Positions 9,519 through 18,311 of a stretch of DNA of 25,007 nucleotides are shown one piece after another; the stretch's first letter is position 1; every line of letters begins with the position of its first letter. Source of the DNA: Thermodesulfobacteriota bacterium (GTDB lineage: Bacteria > Desulfobacterota_D > UBA1144 > Nemesobacterales > N074bin48); the NCBI GenBank assembly GCA_041572575.1, contig JBFFSH010000037.1, positions 1 through 25,007 of the forward strand. Direction: 5' to 3'. The translations under genes were made by a program, and so were the position numbers. Below the pieces are notes generated by a model that did not search any database, was not told the DNA's origin, and worked only from the letters and a program-made list of their open reading frames with translations.

Positions 9519-9992
9519 TCAATTACCGTCTCCGTACAAGTCTAGCAGTCTCAGTCTTGTTCCCTGAAGGCGCTCAGCAATAATATAAGAAAACCTCTTC
9601 ATAAGTTCATATCCAAGCCTTGGGTCATCTTCACATTTTTCTCTTAAACATTTTCCATCAAGCGCTACCGCACGAACAAGACTAATTGCACGAGCGTCCA
9701 AAAACCATCTGTATGGAGGATATAACCACGACCAGCCGAGCACATCTCCCTCAGAAATAGTTTCTATTGTTATCGGGCCGCGATTGGGAGACGAAATTTC
9801 CAAGGCTATTTTACCGTGCCTGATAATATAAAAGTGATCGGCGTTCTGTCCCTCACGAAATATATAATCTTCTGAGTTGAATTTTATATTCGATCCGCAC
9901 CCTGCTATGAGCTTTAAATATTCCGGATCAAGGCCCTCAAAAAATGAGTGCTCTTTAAGCAGGCTATCGATTGATTTAAGGTTTTTTGCCAC
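9519..9992 (-). CDS. Stand-alone cyclic-nucleotide-binding (CAP effector) domain protein without HTH
   Basis: IFREGQNADHFYIIRHGKI...GDVLG beta-barrel pattern; 157 aa, too short to carry a Crp DNA-binding domain. Confidence 0.88.
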   Translation of the reverse strand: MAKNLKSIDSLLKEHSFFEGLDPEYLKLIAGCGSNIKFNSEDYIFREGQNADHFYIIRHGKIALEISSPNRGPITIETISEGDVLGWSWLYPPYRWFLDARAISLVRAVALDGKCLREKCEDDPRLGYELMKRFSYIIAERLQGTRLRLLDLYGDGN

Positions 9993-10002
9993 CAGTATAT
10001 CC

Positions 10003-11142
10003 TTATTCTTCTTTTTCGGTTTTTCTTATTGCGTCTATCTCTTCTGTTATATCTATTCCAACCGGACACCAGGTAATGCACCTGCCACAGCCAACGCATC
10101 CGGAAGTGCCAAACTGGTCGATCCATGTTGCGAGTTTGTGTGTTATCCACTGACGATAACGCGACTTTACCGACGTACGAACACTCCCGCCATGGATATG
10201 TGAAAAATCCATGGTAAAACATGAATCCCACTTCTGTACCCTCTCAGTATTATCACCAGTCAGGTCGGTTGTATCTTCTACCGTAGTGCAAAAACATGTT
10301 GGGCATACCATAGTGCAATTGGCACAGGAAAGACATCTGTCGGCGACTTCGTCCCACCGCGGATTTTCATAGTTACGGTAAAGAAGCTCTTTAATATCCG
10401 ATGTGTCTATCTCTCTGCCCATCTGACCGCGTGTATTATCTACTATAGAATCCGCTGCTTCCATATCCTTTTCTGAGGCATATTCATTTGGAATTTCATT
10501 TATAACTTCCAGTGCCTCCTGGGTGCCGACTTCTACTACAAAGTAATGCCCCCGGGGTTTAATTATTTCTGTTAAGCTTAGGTCAAAACCAAATTCTACT
10601 TTGGGGCCCGTGTTCATAGAATCACAAAAACAAGTGCTTGCCGCCTGTCCGCAGTTAACTGCTACAACAAATGAGTTTTCCCTGTTTGATTTATAAGCAT
10701 TGTCTATAAACTGCCCGCCTGTAAATACCCTATCCTGTATTGACATTGCATGAATTTCGCAGGATCTTACCCCTATAAACGCATATTTATTGGCAACTTC
10801 TTGCTCTTCAACAATCTCAAATCCTGTTCCCTTTCGCTTGGCCTGCCATAGTTTTTTGACCGGCGGATGCAAATACTTCTTCCACGAGTGAGGACCAACA
10901 TTATAACCAAAGGCAGCCCGGTCATTTCTTTTTTTTAGACGGTAAGTTCCTCCTTCCTGCTCATCGGTATATCCCACAGGAAGCTCATTTGCCGAGGTTA
11001 GTTCACCATAGACAATTGCATTATCAGCAACTGTTGGTCCAATTACCTTAAAGTTTCTATTTATTAAAGAATCAAAAAGGCTCTGTAGATGCTCATAATT
11101 TAATACAATTTTGTCCCCTATTTGTTTTGGTATATTAGTCAT
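10003..11142 (-). CDS. hydB: Group 3b hydrogenase beta subunit (AsrA-like 4Fe-4S protein)
   Basis: GVRSCE, TCFC, CLSCANCTMVCPTCFC, WDSCF and CVGCGRCITWCP. Confidence 0.93.
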   Translation of the reverse strand: MTNIPKQIGDKIVLNYEHLQSLFDSLINRNFKVIGPTVADNAIVYGELTSANELPVGYTDEQEGGTYRLKKRNDRAAFGYNVGPHSWKKYLHPPVKKLWQAKRKGTGFEIVEEQEVANKYAFIGVRSCEIHAMSIQDRVFTGGQFIDNAYKSNRENSFVVAVNCGQAASTCFCDSMNTGPKVEFGFDLSLTEIIKPRGHYFVVEVGTQEALEVINEIPNEYASEKDMEAADSIVDNTRGQMGREIDTSDIKELLYRNYENPRWDEVADRCLSCANCTMVCPTCFCTTVEDTTDLTGDNTERVQKWDSCFTMDFSHIHGGSVRTSVKSRYRQWITHKLATWIDQFGTSGCVGCGRCITWCPVGIDITEEIDAIRKTEKEE

Positions 11143-11206
11143 ATATTTTTGACCGGTTTACCTAAAGATTTGTACCGAGCATTTACTATTGTCACTAATG
11201 CTCTAA

Positions 11207-12406
11207 TTATAACTTAAATCTCAGAATTGCCCCCATACCATCAATTTTTTCTTTAAGCTTGGAATCATAGACGATATCAACCTCGCATTTTTGGCTGAAT
11301 GCCTCTTCAATTATATAGTCGACTATATCCTGTATCTTGTTTGGTTCTTGATTTTCCGGGCATGGGCTTTGATTGTTATCCAGAATAAGCAGTTTGGACT
11401 TAGGGCAAATGAAGCCGGGTTGTGCAAAACCTTCGTTTATCAGAAGTGTTCTTGTCTGTCCGTTATACAGGGAGTTTAAGGTGGATTCTATTCCATTTAC
11501 TGCTAAACCAGAGCTCAGCTTTTCTTCAAATTCTTCTAATAACTTGCAGTTGTTTTTATATCTTAGATCGTCTAGCAAGTTCATTGATAAATCAAAGAGT
11601 TTATCTGTCTTAATGGTATCAATATCCAGTTTGATATTGCCAAGAAGTTTTGGCTTTAAGTAAGAGTGGATATGATTTGATAAATCTTGGACAACATCAT
11701 CAGAACCACCCAAAATCAACCAGTCAACTTTATTATCCTTAGAATATTCGAAGACCCTGTCTGAGACGTATTTAAAATGTTGTTGAACATCATTCTCTAT
11801 AGTCCGGTTAAAAGTGTATTCTCCATATCCCTGAGACATCATTCTGTCACCAGAAGAGGATGAAACCCGTTGTTTAAATTTACCGTCCTGGGGTTTGAAT
11901 TTATGAGTCCTGGAGGCACCGGGGAAAAGAAACCCCGAAAGCTCCTGTACACCATCCAGGGTTAAATTGAAAAATCTTGCTTTATGTTTATCTATGACCA
12001 AGAATACGGTATTGCCGTATTTATCATTTAATATCATTAATTCACCGACATGGGGATAGTTATTAAAAAAAAGTCTGTCTTTGTTTACAAGCGGCAGGTT
12101 AAACACTTCCCAGAAATCATTAGAAGAACACGAAAATATTGCTATCCCCCTCAACCCTTCTATGTTTTTTGAATTATTAATATGATTTTCTATCATGGCC
12201 AAATCATTTTCTATAGATTTATATTTTTTAATGTCACTTTCCAGATATGAATAGTTTTTCTTAGACTCCTTAATTAGATTTTTCAAAGTTCTTTTATACT
12301 GAAAATCATTTCTTTCATCCGGACCCAACTTTAAATATAGCGTGGTTACATACGATGTGTCATCTTTATATTCTAAAACTTTGTTAATATTGTTTTCTAA
12401 TATCAT
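11207..12406 (-). CDS. Bacterial aeRF1-like (baeRF / Balon-type) protein lacking GGQ
   Basis: Three-domain eRF1/pelota layout: TTLYL...RGIAIFS N-domain, LVIDKHKARFF RNase-H-like M-domain with WLILGG, and a C-domain AVNG..TL..LY.GQ..TLLI...DIVDYIIEEA...VDIV...GMGAILRF. Start ATG 12406 follows SD AGGAGG; the ORF track's upstream start runs through the promoter. Confidence 0.85.
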   Translation of the reverse strand: MILENNINKVLEYKDDTSYVTTLYLKLGPDERNDFQYKRTLKNLIKESKKNYSYLESDIKKYKSIENDLAMIENHINNSKNIEGLRGIAIFSCSSNDFWEVFNLPLVNKDRLFFNNYPHVGELMILNDKYGNTVFLVIDKHKARFFNLTLDGVQELSGFLFPGASRTHKFKPQDGKFKQRVSSSSGDRMMSQGYGEYTFNRTIENDVQQHFKYVSDRVFEYSKDNKVDWLILGGSDDVVQDLSNHIHSYLKPKLLGNIKLDIDTIKTDKLFDLSMNLLDDLRYKNNCKLLEEFEEKLSSGLAVNGIESTLNSLYNGQTRTLLINEGFAQPGFICPKSKLLILDNNQSPCPENQEPNKIQDIVDYIIEEAFSQKCEVDIVYDSKLKEKIDGMGAILRFKL

Positions 12407-12466
12407 AGCGCCTCCTGTCTGAGAAATAGTAATGTAGAGAACTTTTATTTTTCTAATATATGATTT

Positions 12467-12482
12467 TGCAACTGTTGTGCCA
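12467..12482 (-). promoter_or_regulatory. sigma54 (-24/-12) promoter of the baeRF-hydrogenase-hyp operon
   Basis: Minus strand TGGCAC-AACAG-TTGCA, an exact match to TGGCAC-N5-TTGCW, 60 nt upstream of the ATG at 12406 and correctly oriented. Confidence 0.85.
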
Positions 12483-12563
12483 CCGAAACAAATGATTTTA
12501 TTAGGATTAAACGGCAAATATATGCTTGATCTTGTAGAGTGTAAGAATATAAGACATAACCAT

Positions 12564-12580
12564 TGTACTTAAAATGTGCT
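12564..12580. promoter_or_regulatory. Candidate NtrC-type upstream activating sequence
   Basis: TGTAC-TTAAAAT-GTGCT matches TGCAC-N7-GTGCA at 8 of 10 positions and lies ~110-125 nt upstream of the predicted sigma54 start. Confidence 0.35.
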
Positions 12581-12593
12581 GAATATTTAATAT

Positions 12594-13091
12594 TTATAGC
12601 TTGTATCCGATTTTTCTCAGAAGCAATTTTCTTTGCTCAATATCATTATCATCTTCGATTCCTTTTGATTTGTATCCGTCTATTACGCCTAATATTCCCC
12701 TTCCAAGATCTGATTCGGCCACTATCACTTCAGTAGGGTTTGCAGTGGCGCAATAGATTGTACAGACTTCATTAACATTTTTTATTGAGTTTAATACATT
12801 TAAGGGAAAGGCGTCTTTTAGGAAAATAATAAAACAGTGCCCGGCCGAGAGCCTTAATGCGTTTGCTTTTGCAAGCTCTATCATATCTGGTTCTGTTCCG
12901 CTGTGTCTTATAAGGCATGGCCCGGAAGCCTCACAGAAGGCAATTCCGAATTTAATTCCAGGCATGGAATTAATTAGAGCCTCATGCAGGTCTTCAACCG
13001 TTTTAATAAAATGTGCCTGGCCCAAAATAAAATTTATTTCTTCGGGCTTTTCTATACTTACTGTTAGTATTTCCATCTTACTGTTCTCCAT
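12594..13091 (-). CDS. DUF355 / COG1839 'adenosine-specific kinase' family protein
   Basis: NFILGQAHFIKTVEDLHEAL, FGIAFCEASGP, GH.F, IYCATANP, GRGILGVIDG and C-terminal LLRKIGYK. Confidence 0.9.
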   Translation of the reverse strand: MENSKMEILTVSIEKPEEINFILGQAHFIKTVEDLHEALINSMPGIKFGIAFCEASGPCLIRHSGTEPDMIELAKANALRLSAGHCFIIFLKDAFPLNVLNSIKNVNEVCTIYCATANPTEVIVAESDLGRGILGVIDGYKSKGIEDDNDIEQRKLLLRKIGYKL

Positions 13092-13316
13092 AAGTTATTA
13101 TATTCTAATTTTGTGCAAAAATCATTCCACCAATATGTTAAATATAATAAATATTATTCTTAAGTAAGTGAATTATCTGATATTTACATTCATAATATGT
13201 TTAGAATATTTTAATAATTTTACATAATGCTATTTTGTAACCCGGTTTATAAATAATAAACACAATGCACATCTTGATAGCCTATAAGAATAAATATTTT
13301 ATAAGAATCCAATAAA

Positions 13317-14342
13317 ATGACATTAATCATTTGGATCGGAATATTAATCTGTATAACACAGGCCGGGATATTATCTGGTCTTAATCTGGCTTGTTTCAGT
13401 ATTAGCAAGCTAAGGCTTAAAATTGAGTCTTCAAAAAAAAATAAAAAAGCTGCTAAAGTTTTAGAACTTAGAGAAGACTCAAACTTTCTTCTCACTACAA
13501 TTCTGTGGGCAAATGTAGCCGTAAACGTTCTTTTAACATTGCTCTCAGAATCTATATTAGCAGGTGTAACAGCATTTATGTTTTCTACATTACTGATTAC
13601 ATTTTTTGGCGAAATCATACCACAGGCATATTTCTCAAGACATGCTTTAAAAATCGCCTATGCACTGTCTCCCATGCTCCGTTTTTATCAGATACTACTA
13701 TATCCGGTAGCAAAACCCACGGCACTAATTCTTGACCGGTTTTTGGGACCCGAAGCTATTCAGTACTTTCAGGAAAGTGACTTAGAAGAGATAATAAAGA
13801 TGCACATCGAATCAACTGCAACCGAAATTGATGAGCTGGAGGGCATTGGGGCACTCAATTTTCTTGCAATAGACGATCTTCCAATAACAGATGAAGGTGA
13901 ATTTATAGACCCAAAAAGCATTATCACCCTGGATTTTCAAAACAGCAGGGCAATGTTCCCCAATATAAGCAAATCGGTAAATGACAATTTTTTAAAGCAG
14001 ATACTATCATCGGGCAAGAAATGGGTAATAATAACTGATCGCAGGTTAGAGCCCAGGCTTGTATTAAACTCAAATAGTTTATTGCGGGTTGTATTGTCTG
14101 ATGCGGACGCTATAAATCCATATGCTTTTTGTCATAAACCTATAGTAGTCAAAAATCCCAATACCCGGTTGGGTGAGATTATTAATCAGATTGAGGTTTA
14201 CACGGGTTCACTCTCAAAGAATGTTCTTGATGAGCGGGTGGTACTTTATTGGAATAGTAGAAAGAAAATCATTACCTCATCGGATATACTCGACAGATTG
14301 CTTTCCGGAATAAAGAAACAGAAATCATTTAGTGATAAATAA
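13317..14342 (+). CDS. CNNM/DUF21 transmembrane-domain protein with degenerate C-terminal CBS-like region
   Basis: SGLNLACFS, LLTTILWANVAVN and FGEIIPQAYFSR...LLYPVAKP are DUF21 hallmarks. Confidence 0.85.
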   Translation: MTLIIWIGILICITQAGILSGLNLACFSISKLRLKIESSKKNKKAAKVLELREDSNFLLTTILWANVAVNVLLTLLSESILAGVTAFMFSTLLITFFGEIIPQAYFSRHALKIAYALSPMLRFYQILLYPVAKPTALILDRFLGPEAIQYFQESDLEEIIKMHIESTATEIDELEGIGALNFLAIDDLPITDEGEFIDPKSIITLDFQNSRAMFPNISKSVNDNFLKQILSSGKKWVIITDRRLEPRLVLNSNSLLRVVLSDADAINPYAFCHKPIVVKNPNTRLGEIINQIEVYTGSLSKNVLDERVVLYWNSRKKIITSSDILDRLLSGIKKQKSFSDK

Positions 14343-14356
14343 ATAAAAACTATAAA

Positions 14357-15403
14357 GTGTCTGAAGATAGCAGCTTAATTTCTATAGATGGTTCTCATGG
14401 AGAGGGTGGGGGACAGATCATTAGAACGTCATGTGCCCTAGCCGCAGTTACAGGAAAAACAATCGAGGTTTTCAATATAAGGAAAAACAGAAGAACCCCG
14501 GGCCTGAGGAGACAGCACTTAATAGGAATTCAAAGTTTAAATAAGTTATGTAACGGATTTATAGAAGGAGCAGCACTTGGTTCACAGGAAATATTATTTA
14601 GGCCTGGAGAAATAAAACCTAAACGGCTCAAGATTGAGATAAACACAGCTGGCAGCATAACCCTTGTATTACAGACTCTCCTGCTCCCTTCTTTTTTGTC
14701 ACCCACGCCGATAATACTCGACTTTCTTGGAGGCGCTACAGATACCTACTTTTCTCCGACAATAGATTACAACCGTAATGTTTTCTTTAAATTTTTAGAA
14801 AAGTTGGGTCTGAGTGCAACAATAAAAATCAAAAAGCGCGGTTTTTTTCCATCGGGAGATTCCAGACTTTCAGTAAAAATCGATCCGGGCTTTCCAAAAT
14901 CGCTTAATTTTCTTGATAGAGGTTCACTGAATAAAGTTACTATTATTTCCGGAGCCTCGAATAATTTAAGAGACGCGAAAGTATCAGAGCGCCAGGCTAC
15001 TGCCGCAAGTAAGCTCTTAAGCTCGAAACTCGACATATCAGCCAATATACAAATTGAATATTACGATACCTTATCTACAGGAAGTCAAATCAACATTATC
15101 GCCGAATTTGAAAACTCGATCATTGGAGTCGATGGTCTTGGTAGTCCGGGAAAACGGGCCGAAAGAGTGGGCAGGCAGGCGGCAAAAAATTTTATTAAGG
15201 AATTTAGATCCAATGCCTGTATGGATAAATATGCCTGTGACCAGATACTTCCTTACATTGCATTATCTAAAGCTGAATCTATTTTCACGACTTCCGAAAT
15301 AACAGAACATACAAAAACTAATATGTGGGTAATTAGTCACTTTTTAAAAAGAACTTTCACTATGGAAAAAGAAGAATCGAGATTTGTAGTAAGGGTTAGA
15401 TAA
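14357..15403 (+). CDS. rtcA: RNA 3'-terminal phosphate cyclase
   Basis: IDGSHGEGGGQIIR, NIRKNRRTPGL..QH, TAGSITLVLQ, RGFFP.G, D.YACDQIL and the catalytic His in ITEHTKTN; GTG start. Confidence 0.95.
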   Translation: MSEDSSLISIDGSHGEGGGQIIRTSCALAAVTGKTIEVFNIRKNRRTPGLRRQHLIGIQSLNKLCNGFIEGAALGSQEILFRPGEIKPKRLKIEINTAGSITLVLQTLLLPSFLSPTPIILDFLGGATDTYFSPTIDYNRNVFFKFLEKLGLSATIKIKKRGFFPSGDSRLSVKIDPGFPKSLNFLDRGSLNKVTIISGASNNLRDAKVSERQATAASKLLSSKLDISANIQIEYYDTLSTGSQINIIAEFENSIIGVDGLGSPGKRAERVGRQAAKNFIKEFRSNACMDKYACDQILPYIALSKAESIFTTSEITEHTKTNMWVISHFLKRTFTMEKEESRFVVRVR

Positions 15404-15606
15404 TCAAACTTAAAGTGAAATGCTTATAAAGGGATATTAATATATTGTATTTATATTGCTGAAGATACATTAAATACGAATTGTAATATAAAAACATATA
15501 CAAATTTAATTGTGATGCTAAAGTATAAATGCAGAGGCTCCTTCAGGGCTTTCATTTTGTATATTGATGCTACTATATTTGCTTTATATAAAGGAGTGGT
15601 TGGATA

Positions 15607-16965
15607 ATGCAAATTAACCATGAGAACATTCACAGAGGAGAGCCTGTCCCTTTTAAAGTCTACACTCAAAATAATCTCACTAAAATTGCTCAATTAAAGC
15701 ACTTTAATTCTGAGCAGTTATTTGATATGCAGGTTGTAGCCACCGTTCTGCCATTCAGGGTAAACCAGCACATTATAGACAGTCTTATTGATTGGGACAA
15801 TGTACCCGATGACCCTATGTTTCAGCTTACTTTCCCGCAGCGAGACATGCTTGAACCGGAACACTTTGAGCAAGTTGCCGAATTGATCAAGTCTGGTGCT
15901 GACAAACAGAAGTTAAAATCAGTTGTTCGTGAAATCCACATGCAACTAAACCCTCATCCTGCAGAGCAGCTCACACTTAATGTCCCTCGTCACGATGGCG
16001 TTAGAATTTCAGGTGTTCAGCACAAGTATCGTGAAACAGTTGTATTTTTCCCAAGTCAGGGACAAGTATGTCATTCGTTTTGCACGTTTTGCTTTCGCTG
16101 GCCTCAGTTTGTTAATGATTCAGAACTCCGTATAGCGCTTACTGAAGGGAAGCTTCTCAGAAGTTATCTGCATGATCAAAAAGAAGTCACGGACCTTCTT
16201 ATCACTGGGGGAGACCCCATGGTAATGAAGACGTCCAAATTAGCCAAGCACATAGAACCCATACTTGGAAGCGAGTTCGACCATATACAAAACATAAGAA
16301 TAGGAACAAAAGCTCTAACTTACTGGCCTTATCGTTTTACTAGAGATTCAGACTCAGATGATCTGCTTAGGTTGTTTGAAAGAGTTGTAAAATCAGGCAA
16401 GCATCTGGCTTTAATGGCACACTTTACACACTTCAGGGAATTGGAACCTGACGCCACAGTCGATGCCATAAAGAAAATACAATCCACAGGGGCTGTAATA
16501 CGCAGCCAATCTCCGGTGCTGAATCACATCAATGATGATCCAGCTGTATGGGCAAGGCTGTGGCGTGAACAGGTAAATCTTGGGGTTGTTCCATATTATA
16601 TGTTTGTTGAACGTGATACCGGAGCCAGACGCTATTTTGAGCTTCCTTTAATTCGTACTTGGGAGATTTACCAAAATGCAATTCAACAAGTGTCAGGACT
16701 AGGGCGTACGGCTAGAGGGCCTTCTATGAGTGCGGGCCCCGGTAAAGTAGAGATCCAGGGAGTATCACGGGTCAATGGGGAAGAATGTTTCATATTGCGT
16801 TTTATTCAGGGACGAAACCCTGATTGGGTAGATCGTCCTTTCTTTGCTAGCTGTGATCCCGGGGCAAAATGGTTAGACCATTTAAAGCCTGCTTTTGGAG
16901 AAAATAAATTCTTTTATGAAGATGAATATGAGCAAATGCTCGAAAAGCACTTGGTAGGTTTTTAG
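15607..16965 (+). CDS. KamA-family (lysine 2,3-aminomutase-like) radical SAM/PLP enzyme, substrate uncertain
   Basis: HKY, radical SAM motif CHSFCTFCFR, TGGDP, IRIGT, PYY and GPGKV (PLP-lysine position); SD AAGGAG upstream. Confidence 0.88.
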   Translation: MQINHENIHRGEPVPFKVYTQNNLTKIAQLKHFNSEQLFDMQVVATVLPFRVNQHIIDSLIDWDNVPDDPMFQLTFPQRDMLEPEHFEQVAELIKSGADKQKLKSVVREIHMQLNPHPAEQLTLNVPRHDGVRISGVQHKYRETVVFFPSQGQVCHSFCTFCFRWPQFVNDSELRIALTEGKLLRSYLHDQKEVTDLLITGGDPMVMKTSKLAKHIEPILGSEFDHIQNIRIGTKALTYWPYRFTRDSDSDDLLRLFERVVKSGKHLALMAHFTHFRELEPDATVDAIKKIQSTGAVIRSQSPVLNHINDDPAVWARLWREQVNLGVVPYYMFVERDTGARRYFELPLIRTWEIYQNAIQQVSGLGRTARGPSMSAGPGKVEIQGVSRVNGEECFILRFIQGRNPDWVDRPFFASCDPGAKWLDHLKPAFGENKFFYEDEYEQMLEKHLVGF

Positions 16966-17003
16966 ATAAAATTTAACTGCCACACATATTTCTGAACTTC
17001 TTT

Positions 17004-18260
17004 TTAAGGGTAAATTCCTCTGATCCTTGTAGCATCTGCTACTCTCTGTATACCCATCATAAGAGCAGCAGAACGAAGGGTTAAGCGATTATCATCGGCG
17101 TACTGAGTGAGTTTATTATACTTGTTTTGTATCCTTGTCTTAAGCTCCTTAAAAACCATTTCTTTTAACCAGTAATATTCCTGGATTCCCTGAACCCATT
17201 CAAAGTATGAAACTATAACACCGCCTGAGTTTGCCAGTATGTCTGGCAGGACTTTAATGCCCTTGTCTTCTAATATTTCATCGGCTCCGGGAGTTGTAGG
17301 TCCATTTGCACCTTCTGCAATTATATTGCATTTTAATTTGGTTGCATTATTGTCATTGATTACTCCACCAAGAGCAGCGGGTATGAAAATATCACAGTCT
17401 ATACCAATTAATTCTTCGTTGGTTACTTTATCTGCTTCTTCATACTCGCTAACCTTCATACCTTCTTTATTTAATTCAATGATATTTTCTACAGGCAGTC
17501 CGAAAGGGTTATAAATACCACCCTTGCTGTCACTTATAGCTACTATATTACAACCCATCTCTTTTAGTTTTAAAGCTGCGAAACTTCCCACATTTCCAAA
17601 ACCCTGTATTGCAACCTCTATATTGGACATTTCCTTGTTCTCTTTATGGATCGCAGCTTCTGTAGCATAAGCAACTCCAAATCCGGTGGCTTCTTCTCTA
17701 CCAAGTGAACCTCCTATATTAAGCGGTTTTCCTGTTACAACTGATGGAGATGTATAACCAACACTCATGCTGTATGTATCCATTATCCATGACATGATTT
17801 GTGCATCAGTTCCTAAATCGGGAGCGGGTATATCTTTGTTTGGTCCGATGATAGGAAGTATTTCTGCGGTATATCTTCTTGAGAGCCTTTGCAGTTCATC
17901 TACTGATAGCTGTTTAGGATCTACAGTGATACCTCCCTTGGCTCCACCAAATGGTAGTTCCGAAAGAGCGCACTTCCATGTCATATTCATTGCAAGTGAA
18001 GCGACTTCACCCATATCCACAGTGGGATGAAATCTTATACCACCCTTACAAGGACCCAGAGTTTGATTATGCTGGATCCTGTAACCACTAAAAACCTTCA
18101 CATTTCCATCATCCATTTTTATAGGACAGTCTACAATAAGAGTGCGCTGGGGGGTTCTGAATTTCTCTACAATCCAGTCTTCCAGTTCCAGAATATCGCA
18201 GACTTTTTCAAACTGTGCTACTGAATTCTCAAAAGCATCTGATTTAAATAGTTCATTCAT
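17004..18260 (-). CDS. gdhA: NAD(P)-dependent glutamate dehydrogenase
   Basis: GPCKGGIRF, MTWK, GGAKGG, DIPAPD, VTGKP, GGSLGREEATG, QGFGNVG, EGANGP and VSYFEW. Confidence 0.93.
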   Translation of the reverse strand: MNELFKSDAFENSVAQFEKVCDILELEDWIVEKFRTPQRTLIVDCPIKMDDGNVKVFSGYRIQHNQTLGPCKGGIRFHPTVDMGEVASLAMNMTWKCALSELPFGGAKGGITVDPKQLSVDELQRLSRRYTAEILPIIGPNKDIPAPDLGTDAQIMSWIMDTYSMSVGYTSPSVVTGKPLNIGGSLGREEATGFGVAYATEAAIHKENKEMSNIEVAIQGFGNVGSFAALKLKEMGCNIVAISDSKGGIYNPFGLPVENIIELNKEGMKVSEYEEADKVTNEELIGIDCDIFIPAALGGVINDNNATKLKCNIIAEGANGPTTPGADEILEDKGIKVLPDILANSGGVIVSYFEWVQGIQEYYWLKEMVFKELKTRIQNKYNKLTQYADDNRLTLRSAALMMGIQRVADATRIRGIYP

Positions 18261-18311
18261 ATTTTTATAGGGTACTTTTTAATTTCTGTGGATTCAAATT
18301 TGAACATAAAA

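Noticed and set aside
12407..12517. 37-aa N-terminal extension of the baeRF ORF given by the track
   Set aside because: It spans the sigma54 promoter; a strong SD (AGGAGG) supports ATG 12406.
15526..15558. Imperfect hairpin upstream of the KamA-like gene, considered as a lysine riboswitch
   Set aside because: Far too short and lacks the multi-stem L-box architecture; at best a weak terminator after rtcA.
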